Shown: positions 40,930-52,820 of the stretch, in pieces
Position numbering within the stretch: the first letter of the stretch is position 1
Layout of the letters: every line of letters begins with the position of its first letter
NCBI RefSeq assembly: GCF_009834535.1
Contig: NC_045698.1
Location: 14,820,001-14,884,000 of the forward strand
From: Camelus ferus
Taxonomy: Eukaryota
Length of the DNA stretch: 64,000 nucleotides
Reading direction: 5' to 3'
Program-made: the position numbers and the translations under genes
Notes under the pieces: model-generated
The model's database searches: none
Told to the model about the DNA's origin: nothing
Seen by the model: only the letters and a program-made list of their open reading frames with translations

Positions 40930-42850
40930 TCAGAAAGAGCAGATGATACAAGAACACCTGAAAGCACAGTTCATTTGGAGCCATCATTCAGCGGATAATC
41001 GTGGTGTGTCATCTGGCTCTTAATGATTCACATTTCTCCTCTGTTTAAAATACACTCATTGTCCCTACCCTACCCCAGAGCACCAGGTGTCTCCTTCCAT
41101 CACAGAGTCAGGAAGTCAGGCTTGAGATGTGGAACAGCATCAAGTCCACCTGTGCATAGGGACCTCAGCAGTTGGAGTACTTAATCTGAAGTCCTTTAAA
41201 ACAAGTAGATAAGTTAACTTGCACACACGCTCACACACAGTATGCAATGTTGAAAATAGGACAGGAAAACAAAAACACTTCCACAAAGATAAGAAATGAG
41301 GCATGGTGCAGGAATTGGTGGTTCATAATTCTGAAATCCAATCTGGAATATGTTGCCAATTTCTTGATTAGGGTCCAATTCTGTTCCATGTTTCTTGAGC
41401 ACTCTCTGAGTCACGATTCCTTTTCTGTAAGAAATGTTCCTCTTTTTTATCTAATGTCTTTTTCAGCCTATTTCTTGCCTGAGAAATTTGGGGATACTGA
41501 AGACTCTTTTAATTTGGGGTTTTTGTTATTACTTTTTTTTTTTCCTTAAGCTTATATGATTCTTTTGCAAAACTGTGTACCTCTTAGGTTTCAAATAACA
41601 AACCTTTCCACTACACAAAGGCAACGCCACACAAAATCTTTTCAAGGCATGTCCTTCTGCTTTGGACTGAGAATTAGGGTGCTATGGTAAAATGCCATCA
41701 GGAATCTTAGAACAACTATTATCTAGCAGAAATTGCGTAGGAGGAACAACTTTAGGATTTTCACAAGTCGATTTTTTTCTCATTGAGAGTGAGGCATCCA
41801 TTTGACATTTTCTGAGTATTAACCAAGACTCTTAGAATCACACCCTGACTTAAAGCTACTTTTAATGGCAGGGCCCTGCATTTAACATTTGTCTTGATAA
41901 CATTTCTTACTTTGAGACTCTTGCCAAGAGAGACTGTGAATTAGAAACAGTTTATTTTTGAACCCAGTAACCCCTGGGTTTTTTTCTTATTTCCTCTAAA
42001 TTATGCTTTAAAATGACCAATTCCTTCTGTAGCTCATCTCACCCCTTTAGTATTTTACTCTTGGCAGCTAATAGAAGCCAACTGGCACTTTCAACATTCG
42101 GTCTGGAAATTTTATAGTCATAGCCACATAGCTCAGTAAGAGGACTTTCTATCTTCCACATAAATGCAGGCAACAGGTTTGCTAATTATTCTGCACTTAA
42201 CTAGGATCCACTTAATTAACGTTTACGATGGAAATTTTCTCACTGACCTTTCAGAATTTATCAGCAATTTCCAGAAGGCCTTTCAGATCCTTGCCTACTA
42301 CCCAGTTTCAAAACCAGGGCCACTTAATTTTAAGGTTTTTGTTACAGAAGCATCTCCCCATCATGTACCAATTTCTATTGTGATTATGTCTTATAATGCA
42401 ACACGCCATACCAAAATTTGGTGACTTAACGTCCATTTTGTAGCTTTTCACAACTGTGCAATACTGACTGGGCTCATCTGGGAAGTTCTTGTTTTGCCAG
42501 TGGGTACGTGTATGTCTGCACTTCTCTTGCCAGTGACAGGAATTAGGCTTTCTCTTTCCATGTAATCTCAGGTTGTCTCCCTTTCCACATGAGTGCCCTA
42601 AGTGACTGCTCCCTGGGGCTCTTCCATCAGGGATGGAGGACCTTTTGCATGATGCTTCTCATTCCCCAAAAGCACAAACACAGAAGCTGCCAGGCCTTCT
42701 TAAGGCTTAGGACAGGAATCGGCAAATGTCATTTCCATCACATTCTACAGGTTAACACAAGTCTCAGGAGCAGCCCACATTCAGCAAGGAGGAAGTAAAC
42801 AAAGCACAAATGCCAGGACACGTGGTTAATTGAGGTGAAAATCACAGGCA
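40930..42850 (-). mobile_element. MaLR element: MLT1F/G-like LTR (about 42377-42850) plus MLT internal region
   Basis: LTR motifs gactgggctcatctggg, gaagctgccaggccttcttaagg, catttccatcacattcta; LTR-internal junction ttgttacagaagcatctccccatcatgtaccaatttct. Confidence 0.7.
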
Positions 42851-43739
42851 ACAGACATACTCTGATGTTCACCAGTGGTGGGAACTTTATAACACACTAC
42901 AGTCACATGCCATTAGGAAGGAATGTGATCTACGAAAAAAACAGCAGTTAAACTAAAAGAGAGTTACCTTGAGTAGCAAGAAAATCCCAGGGGACAGAAC
43001 GCATGCTTGGTGTAGAGTCTCAGTGATCATATCTTGGGCCCTGTTTCTGTCTTTCCATTCTTTGATTCTCAGCAGGTTGACTTTCATCCTCACCCACACT
43101 GCCTAATGATTGTCACGAGGCTGGTTTTTACCCATTAGATCACGACTTTATTCTGGGTGGAAAAGCTATGAATGGGACAAAATGGTTTTGTGAGTCAAGC
43201 TGTTTTCATCAAAAAGCAAAACTAGATTTCTACTTACTTTTTGTTGGACAGAGTTGTATTATCTGGCCACTCCCAGTATGGGAGATACTGCAGGCTAGAA
43301 AGACACTGAGCATTTTCTGTCATTGCAAAAACATTTGATAAGTAGGCCATTTGGCAAAAACATATAGATTTAGGGAAAGTGCCTTTAATATATACTATTG
43401 GTGTGTTTTGGATGCTCCTCAGTTCCTCTAGTAAAAGTGTATAAAAGGATTATAATATTGTTTGGAAATAGTTTGCAGAGATGGAAAGAAATATTGCTCT
43501 ATTAACAAAAGCTCTGTCTATAGCCTGTAATCTAAATTGCCTAAGTTTTCAGTAATTTGAGGTCTTGTAATGTTGGAAAAATCAACTGTTCCTGTATTAC
43601 GAATAACAAAAGAAACAATTATTTAGTGCCCTTTCCAAGAACCTCCTATTAAATGTTCTCAGATAATGTGATAGCTCAGTAGCAAATATTAAATACAAAA
43701 TGTTGCATTCACACCACTAGCAGCCTACTGGCTCTCATT

Positions 43740-46150
43740 CAGGTCGTTTATGTTCATGGTTTAGGTTCACGGCCATCAAGCGTGACACTGTACTTCTCAG
43801 CCTCCCTTGCGGCTTGGTACGCCAAGGGCCTACGTTCTTACTAATGGGGCACCACATCAAATACATCTTCTTAAATACAATTGCCCATGACTCATTCTTT
43901 CTTTATCTTGCTCCCAAATGGAAATGGTGATGACAAGAACATTTGTAGCTATGTGGTGTGGATAACAAATTCAATTTGTTGGGTACCTGGACTTCATGGA
44001 GCATAGAATTCCTGGACCCATGATGTAAAGGGGGCACACATTTGTGTTCAGACACAGAAATGGTGAGGTTTATTTCTTTAGCAACTTACTTTTTACTCTA
44101 GCCAACAAAGAATTGTGTTTTGGAAGGCTTGCTGCCTGCCTCAAAAACCTAAAAAACAGTGGGAACTGACATTGCAGTTAGGGTGGAGGTAGTGCATTTA
44201 TTTAATATGTCACCTCTGGCAACTGGAAGAGCACAGCGATTGCCTAAGTAAGGAGCCTGAAGTTCTAAGAGAAGCTGTTGGAAAGAGCCAGAATGTTACC
44301 ATGTGTTAGATGTTGATTGCTACATTTAGCTGGCTTATTTCAAGAATTAATGAGCTCAAGCAAGAACTAGACAATTTTCAAGCATAGATTGAAAGGAAGG
44401 GAAGGAGTTCAGAAAAGAGGGATCTGATACAGTTGGAAAAGCCAATTGTTTTATCATCCTAACAGCAGGGGATAACCCTGCTGCTGAAAGTCTTTATAAA
44501 CAGTGCCCATTAAGAATTCTGAGCACAACAAATGCATCTACAGATGATCTGTGCCAATGATCAGATTAAGGCTGTTGCTCTCCAAACAAGCCTATTGTTT
44601 CACAGGCTTTTATGTTTTCAATAGAGCTGTCGTTAAAATGATAGCAAATGACACTCACTAGCTGAACAAGAAAGCCAGTGCATAAGAGCAGGTTAAATAA
44701 TTATTTCCAGAAAAGAGCCTTGGGCGTGGTTTCAAGTACATGGAAATAGCTGGAGGCAATCGCACCAGAAGCTCACTGAGTTTTTTTTTAAGGAATTGTT
44801 TTACGAAGAGAATCACGTGTTTAGCCTTCAAAAATTCTCTAGCTACCAAATCAGCAGGAGCAGAAGCAGGCAATAAAAACTGCTGTGCTCCTGAGAAAAG
44901 CAATCTGTTTAATATCCATGCAGATGTGGCCAGAGAGAATATACAACAAGAACACATTTCTCAAAGGGAAAGCAAGGGGCCACAAAGGACAGAGCATTAG
45001 GAAATTTTTTCCAATAAGCAGAAATGAGTTCTAAGCAAGAAACTTACTCCAGTTATAAGACAGAGTCTCTGTGATTCTTTTCTAGCAAAATAGTATTGCT
45101 CTGACCAGTAACTGCCTGGTCATTCTTTCCTTTTCCAAATGGGGGATTTTATTATAATTTTAATATTCTTACTCCAAGCAAGTTATATGGTTGGTGTGAA
45201 TGGTAGTTAGACAATTTATTTTATGGTGAGGGCTGCACCCAAATACCCTAGTATCTGATCTGGATGTAATGAATAAGACTATAGGTTGTTTTCCTTACAT
45301 CAGGGGTTATGCATTTAGGAAAAAAAGACATGCATAGATACTTGGGTGGCAAATTTGATACAGACTGCAACCTATGCCTCCCTTTAGTAATAACTACCCC
45401 TCCATTAAGAGTGCTAATTGGCATGTGTCACTGAGGAGTGGAAATTTTACTAAATTTTTAGTTAAAGGGATATGCCCAGAAGTGATGTATGCAACCTCCA
45501 CATCACAACTATGGGGAAAAAAAAAGTTGCTTGCTTTTCAAATTCTCTTCTCCCCCTTCTGTTGAACTTGTTAGATTATATCTTTTATATGTTAGATTGT
45601 ACCTTTTATAAACAGCACAAGATATGAATCCCAATCCTCATGGTCTTCTTATAATTTGCCATCCCCCATATTTGCTAGGTTCTATGTCCTTACCTTGTGA
45701 TTCTGTGTTGAGACTTGTGATTATTCTGACCAAGGGAGTATGGTAAAAGTGATGGAATATGAATTCTGATCCCAGTTCATTAAAAAAAAAAAAAAAAAAA
45801 AAAAGAGAACTTGCTTCCAACTGGCTTCTTTCTGTTTCTGGATGTTCAATTTAGGAATCTAGCCCGTATGCTGTAAGGAAGTTTCAGCCACATGTATTAC
45901 TGTTCTTTTCAAAAGCCTTAGCCAAATTCTCAGACAAGTCTAGATCAATTATCAGATATGAAAATGAAGAAAACTTCAGATGAATCAAGTCTCTCACCAG
46001 GCAATGTCAGAGTATGAAAGAAAGGAATCTGAATACTGGATGACCTTGTGGAGCAGAGACGCCTAGTGCTTCAGATTACCTTCCCTTCTCTTGATATTCA
46101 GGATTGAGAAACAAGTGTTTACCTTATTGGAGCCACTGAATTTTGAGAGC
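43740..46150 (+). mobile_element. Very old MaLR (MLT1J/K-like LTRs plus internal region)
   Basis: cttctcagcctcccttgc, gacttcatggagca, gatgaccttgtggagcagag LTR motifs; internal gatcagattaagg and agaaaagagccttggg motifs. Confidence 0.55.
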
Positions 46151-46480
46151 TCAAATAGAGTGATTGAGTAAGATTGAAGCATTTATACCCTGCTTCCTCC
46201 TGGCAGAGGTTTGGGAAACATAGACCTTTGCTCATATACTTGTCTCTACTCCATGCCTTACAATGACCATTTAGTTAGTTAATTATGAGAACTACTCATT
46301 CACAAAATCATTCATTCACTAAGTAATATACTGGCTTCTACTATACTCCAAGCAGGAACTAAAAATAGAATCTGGGAAATAAAGTCTAACCCTTTTTTTT
46401 TTTTCTTTCCTCTGTGCTCAATGCAGTTTCACGTACTCACAAGGTGCCTGGGGCTGAGGCCTTGACCAGATTTTCTGGTG

Positions 46481-46807
46481 TGAAACGGCGGCGCGGACCC
46501 CTCAGCTCCACTCTCCAGGCAAAAGCCGCTTCACGGCAACGCAAGATGGCGCCTGCAGGCCGAGCGCCCAGACGCTGCGCCCGGCGCGGCTGCGCACGCC
46601 CCGCGAGAACTCAGTCCCCTCCTTTCCCCACCCCGCCCCACCGGAGACCTATATAAAGCAGCCCCGCCCATCGCCTTCCCGGGAAGAGTGTGGAATACTG
46701 TGGAGCCCCAGCTGGCGCCTTTCCAGAATCAGACTCAATCTTGTTTTATTGCCGAGACTCCGGGCAGGAGGACCCTTTTGGGGCCTGACTCAAAAGGGTC
46801 CCTAACA
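46481..46807 (+). mobile_element. 5' LTR of decayed class-I ERV (5' boundary uncertain, about 46410-46481)
   Basis: TGAAAC...cctAACA termini, TATA box, GC-rich leader downstream and gag MA 1.5 kb further on. Confidence 0.65.
46485..46700. promoter_or_regulatory. CpG-island promoter-like element within the LTR
   Basis: More than 20 CpGs in about 200 bp against a CpG-depleted background; CAAGATGGCG (YY1), TGCGCACGCC (NRF1-like), two CCCCGCCC GC boxes, CACGGCAAC (RFX half X-box), TATATAAAG near 46650. Confidence 0.75.
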
Positions 46808-48309
46808 AACTTCCGCTGGCTCTGACTCTGGCAGGAGGCTTCGGGAGGTTGGGGTGAGGAGGATGACTGACTCTGATACTTGAGGACACTCTGACAGGGA
46901 AGAACGACAGCCTTCAGCCTAATTCAGAGCAACTCTGCCCAACAACCCAATGCCCAGGTGTGATGCACACACAGCTATCCCCCAGAGTCATCAGGACTGT
47001 GTCTCCTCCAGGGGAATGATGCTGTGATGTCACTGGGTATGAGAGACTGAGACTCACAGGCGTCTGCCCGCTGCCTCTGGCTGTCCTTCCCGAGGCAGGA
47101 GCAGCCAGGGACGATGGGCACCTGTGGACGGTAGGGAGCTGGCCCCCTGTGTTGCAAGGAGTGCTGTCCTCCACTCCTGTAGGAGGCAGCAGCGGACACA
47201 CCAGGGATTCCTGGCTGCCTCCCCCACCTTAGGGTGAGCAGTAGATTCTCCTTCGTCACTTCCGGTTTGCTTAAGAAAGCCGGCAGTCCCGGAAGCCCAG
47301 AGGCAAGGCTGGAGGAGGCTGAGCTCCTGAGGACCGCTTGTCAAAACAAACGAAATGAAGACACTCAATCCAAGTTCAGGAAAAGGCACCTGGGATGTTG
47401 AGGGTGAAAGGGTCCAGTGTGGGTAGACGACTTCACCTCTTCCAGTCAGCGCCAATTTCTCTGAAGTGGGCTGGGGAGCCCTGGGAGACGCCTGCAAGGT
47501 CAGGAGCCCCATAACCAGGAAGACCTGTGAGCTGCTGTTGCGGACTAGGAAACACCTTGGGACCTCTCCTCCACTTCTGCTTGTGAGATGAACCTCGGGT
47601 GGTTCTTTACAACGGAGGTTCCATGGGCACTCCCGCCGGCATCAGCAGAGGATGCCAGCCCAGCTGCCCGGAGATACGGTGAGTACCCCGGGGCACCCCT
47701 CCTGCTTTTCCCTCTCACCTGTTGGAAGTCAGAGAACTCCTCCTTTTTGGCCAAAAGGGGAAAAGAGAAGACCACCCCCCCGCCCCGCCCCGCTCAGACA
47801 GCTGTGCCAGCCCTTAACAGACCACGCTGGTCAGGAACTAACCAGGCTAAGCTGCTCTGGCCCAGAGGCAGTCTTGTCTGACCTTCTGTGGGTCATTCTG
47901 ATAGAGGAGGTACAGACCCTTACAAATTCAAAGCAGACCCCCAGTCAACACTTGACTGTAATATTATCTTAAACCTGGAAATCCTTGGGGCTTTGGACAT
48001 TTTAAAGTCTCTTGAGCACATTTCAATAGAAATAAACCCTGGCTTTAAAGATACTGCTCTACTACTACTAATTTATTATTCATTTATTAAAAAAAATAGT
48101 AACTCTGAAACCTTCAGAGTCCATGCCATTTGGATACCTTGTTTTCTTTGGTCTTTTGAGGAATCCATTAACAATTTGGTGCTGGTTTGAAATTTTCTGA
48201 ACCAGAAATCTTATTTGGGCCAAATCTTGTGGAATTTGCATGCCAACAAATCACTCCAACCACCCCTCTTCGGTAATTGGAAACAAATCTGAAACAGAAC
48301 ATCTAAGTT
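46808..48309 (+). mobile_element. ERV leader / 5' internal region
   Basis: GC-rich sequence between LTR end and gag ATG; splice-donor-like CG|GTGAGT at 47679; no clean PBS seen. Confidence 0.55.
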
Positions 48310-48740
48310 ATGGGGAACCAAACATCCATGGTACTGAAGGATAGCTGCTTAGGGTGCGTCCTGCAGAACTGGATGTTTTTCAAGTGTCACCTCCAACCCC
48401 AAAACATCTCATCTTCACATGTAATACAGCCTGGCCCAGTAGTGGCTGGGAGATGGGGAAATTGGCCCTTCAATGGGTCTCTACATTACAATAGCATTTT
48501 ACAGTTGGGCCTGCTGTGCCAGAGACAAAGAAATAGGATGAAATTCCCTATTTCCGGTTTTCTATGTCCTTATTCCAGAACAGAGGCCTTCAGAAGGGAT
48601 GTGGGCCCTCCACTGAGGTAACACCAGGCCTTGGTATTCCCTGAGGGCCTTCTTGATCTCCTCCCTAACTCTCCTCTTACTCCCTCCCTACGCCCTTATT
48701 CATATAGCCCAGTTTGGGCCACAGGCCGATTAGGCCCGTC
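48310..48740 (+). pseudogene. gag: Degraded class-I ERV gag (matrix domain plus Pro-rich stretch)
   Basis: MGNQTS...DSCLGCVLQNW, WPFNGSLHYNSILQLGLLCQRQ in the 103-aa ORF; KHLIFTCNTAWP and DEIPYF in shifted frames; these match the MA motifs of ERV9/HERV-W/HERV-H-type gags. Confidence 0.88.
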
Positions 48741-51229
48741 CATACCAGCTCTCTCCCCCAGAACTCAGTATATATGACGCAGATGTGTATTGAGGTGAAA
48801 ATCAAATTGCTTCAATTTATATTGCAACAGGGACAGGGACATTCTTCCAAAATTGGAGCAGTATACTTCTGTTGGAATATACTTGTTTTAGTGAGAGCAT
48901 TAGGAAGTGGAAATACGTACATTTAATGAACTCTTAAGGCAGGATCTGTATTTTTCTTTACAAGTGTACCCAGCATATCTCCTCAGAGTGTCATTGAAAC
49001 CTGAAACCTCCATATACATGTTAATTATACTTGGCAATAATTCCTTTTAAAGGGAATGTACTAACTATTCAGCTCTTTAACATATGATCATTATATAAAG
49101 GATTTTTGGAATTCAAAATATGTAAAAACAGTGAAACTATTTTATAATAAAGCAAATTAGATTTTGTGCAAAACCCAACAATAAAGGCTAGGATTAGGGT
49201 AAAACTCACTCTGTATTATCTAACAGGGATATTTTTCTAGCAGCAATTAACCTGAAACTGTCAAGTTCTGTGGACTTGGTCTGAATTAGAAGATTGTAAC
49301 TGGGCTATTCACTAATTTTATTTTATCTTCAGTATGATACTGTGAGACCTATTTCACACAATTATAGTTATATTTATGTGTGCTTGTTAAGGAGAAAATC
49401 AACAGTAATTTTAAGATATTTAAGAAAATATATATTGTGAATGTTTGAGAAATGTAGAACAAATATCCTAGAAGGAAAGAAGTTATAATAGTTTACAGTT
49501 TTTAATACAAACTTTGACTCATGCATGTTTATATTTTGATAAAGTATGCTGTTGTTAAAGGGTTGGGAAGCAGCTTGTAGTTTTACGTCTGTCCTTTACA
49601 GTCCATTTATTTCTCCAAGTTTAAGTACAATTTTCACTAAACAAATTATCATAGTTTATAGAACAGCTTGTTCCCTTATTATAGCAGGCTACTTTATTAT
49701 TAAATTAGACATTTTCTTACTAATCACCCTAAGAGCCAGCTGTCTTTGGCAACAAACTCTTAATATATTTTTTAAGTTACTCATATCAAATGGGAAAGGA
49801 AAATTGACACAGAACCTCTTTGTAAATTCAAGGTAGTGCAATTTCTCTGAAGTTTTCAGGAAGAAGTCTTAGCCATACTTTATTTATTTGCTAGCTAAAT
49901 TTTGCTAAATACAGTTTATTAGCATGTCAACCCCTTTTGATTAAAAAAAATGATATATACAGGAAAATGTTTCTTTCATTATGAATATAATATAGCTAAT
50001 GTCATCTGATAAAAAAGTAAACATTTAATGGTAACAAATTCTATTAAGATACAAAATGTAGTTTTATGAGCTTGAGCATTTAGAGCATTTCAGGCATACA
50101 CTGCCTGAAAAATCTACTAAAATTTTTCCTTTAATTGCTTATGGAGATTCAACAAAAATATGGAATGTGGCCTATGTCTTTTAATTTATAGAGGAGAGAG
50201 AATAATATACCAAGATCAAGGAACTGGTTATTGCAAAAAGGAAGAGATTTTATTTAATCCAAAATCACTGCGAAAGATTAGAATTATGTTCTTGAACTAC
50301 ATTTTTTCCATTACCTACTCTACTCTAAAGCAACTTCAGTGGAACCTAAAGAAATATATTTTCCAAAAATTGAAGATTTTTGATTTACTTGTATTCTTTA
50401 TCCTTAAATTCTAGACCTATTTGTTGCATTGACTAGAAGATAGAAAAATATCCATCAATTTGAGAAGAAATTTTTTTGAGTCACCCGAAGTTAATGTACC
50501 ACACCCATAAACGAATCTCTTTCTAGATCAGACTATAACTTGAAATTCATAATTCCTGTGACAGGAGACTTTCTCACTATATTTACTTTATTATGGAAAT
50601 TAATCTATCTCCATATGTGCAGGAAATAACACAGGATTAGTTCTAGGACAAGGAGAAGGTCAACATGGTCAAGCTTGCAGCACATGTGTGCAGTATAGGT
50701 ATTAGTCAGGGAAACTTGCAGTGAGAAAAGAGAGTTCAAGTTCAGAAGGGCAGACCACTACTATGCAAAGTTGAATATTAGGACCTCAGAAGTCACCCTG
50801 CCCTCACATATGATGCAAGAGAGAAAAGTTGCAACTTGAGTCTTGATTTTACACTCACCATACAAAGACAAATAAAGGAAACAGAGTTGAATGAGAAAAG
50901 TATGGCAGCTTAAGGATAAGAATTAAGTTCGACATGTACATGATCATATTTCTAAAAATAACTTTGATCAGAAAGAAAAACATGTAAGAAAATACTCAGA
51001 TAAAATATGAAATCTGTGAGATAAAAAAGGGAACCATAAATAGAAATTAGATATAATTCTGACAAGTAAAAAGGTTTTGCTGAAATTAATAATATAATAT
51101 AAAATGTGTATAAAATTTTTAATATACAAATACCAAGAGAAATATATTTGTCATTGGGGATATTAACAATTTAGGAAAAAGCCATGCATTATTCTTAAAA
51201 TAAAATAATAAATTTTAGATGTGTCATTG

Positions 51230-51740
51230 TATAGATACATAATCATTATACTTCGAAGTAATTTTAGATGCACAGAAAACATGCAGATAATACAGAGTGC
51301 CCATACACCGTGCACTCAGCTTTTCCTAATTATATAACCATTTTAAATTTTTCAATAAGAAATTAACATTGCTACAGAATTCTTAAGTAAACTACAGACA
51401 ATATTTGAATTTCTGCAGTTTTTTCCACTAATTTCCATTTTTCTTTCCAGGATTCTGTTCAGGGTACCACATTATATTGAGTTATCATGTCTCCTTGTTT
51501 TCCTATGATCTGTGACAGTCTTCCATGGTTTCCACGATCTGGACAGTTTTGAAAAGCTCTACTCAGCTATTTTGTAGAGTGTCTCTTAATCTGAGTCTTT
51601 CTGGTATTTTGTCATGGTTACACTGAGTTTATGGTCTTTTGTAAAGAATACTAGAGCAGTGAAGTGTCTTTCTCATTAAAATATATTAAGAGTAAATGGT
51701 ATTAACATGATTTTCACTAGTGATGCCAACCTTGATCGAT
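51230..51740 (-). mobile_element. L1MB/MC-type 3' end
   Basis: taattttagatgcacagaaaacatgcagataatacagag...ccaggattctgttcagggtaccacatt...gacagttttgaaaag...gaagtgtctttctcatt. Confidence 0.75.
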
Positions 51741-51939
51741 TCAGTAAACTTTTAATAGAAAAATATGCAGCAAATATTTAACTAACAGTTGAATATGAAC
51801 TTGCTACATAAAATAATTCACATATGCATATAGTGAAATATATCTTTATATATATATAATATGTGCATATACATAATTATATATTTTTATCCATCCATAT
51901 ATATACATATATAAAACTGGATTTTACTACCTCAAGTTT

Positions 51940-52820
51940 TTTAAATATGTCAATTACAAAAACAAATGGAAAATTGTAAACTGTGACTATATGCAACAAA
52001 GATGATAGAAGAAAGGTTAATGTTCTTAACAACTAAGGAATGCAACCAAATTAAAAGTATGTTTTACTCCAGTGGAGGGTGGGATGGATGAAAGTAGAAC
52101 AACAGACAACAAATTGTAGCAATAAAAAATGAGCTGAAGAGATTAGATTGTTATCAAATGTTTTTAAAGTTCTACCTCACTAATTAAATGCTGAAATATC
52201 CAACCAGCATAAAACACATATTTTTAATAAAAGCTGGAAACTATAAGAATGAGTCAGTATGACACTGTTGTTGTGGAAATGAAAACTGAATGTTCAGACT
52301 GTTTTGGGAGATTGAATTGGTGCAATTATTTTCTTTTTCTGAGATTAGTTTGTATACCTTTATATATATATATGAATTTCTACTAAACTTTTTGGTTATA
52401 TTTTAATTTTTTTTCTTAGAGTACATTCCAGCATGAACAGAATTACATCAAGAATACCTATCATAGTGACGTCTAAACAGTAAGTTGAAAACCCCCTAAA
52501 TGCTTAATAAGAACAGTATAAAATTATTATAAAAATAAATGAAATATTACATTCTTATTAACTAATCCAATTAAAGAACATTGGCATGGAAAAATACATC
52601 AAAATATTAAGTAGAAAAATTCATGTTATTTAAAATTGTTCGTAATACTATAGCAATATAGTTAAAAAAATAACAAAAACTGCCTATATATGTAAATAAT
52701 ATCTGGAAAGTTATATACCCAAATGCTGACTTTATTTATTCATGGTACGATCAGACTAATAAATATTTGATTATTTTTCTTATCATTATTTTAAGTATAA
52801 GTGCATATACTTTTTATCTG
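51940..52820 (+). mobile_element. L1ME-type 3' region, highly decayed
   Basis: acctcactaattaaatg, attggtgcaatt, aaaaccccctaaatgc, catggaaaaata, tctggaaagttatatacccaaatgctgac. Confidence 0.55.

Noticed and set aside
46914..47972. Cluster of overlapping ORFs up to 152 aa
   Set aside because: Expected in a GC-rich ERV leader with few stop codons; no domain motifs
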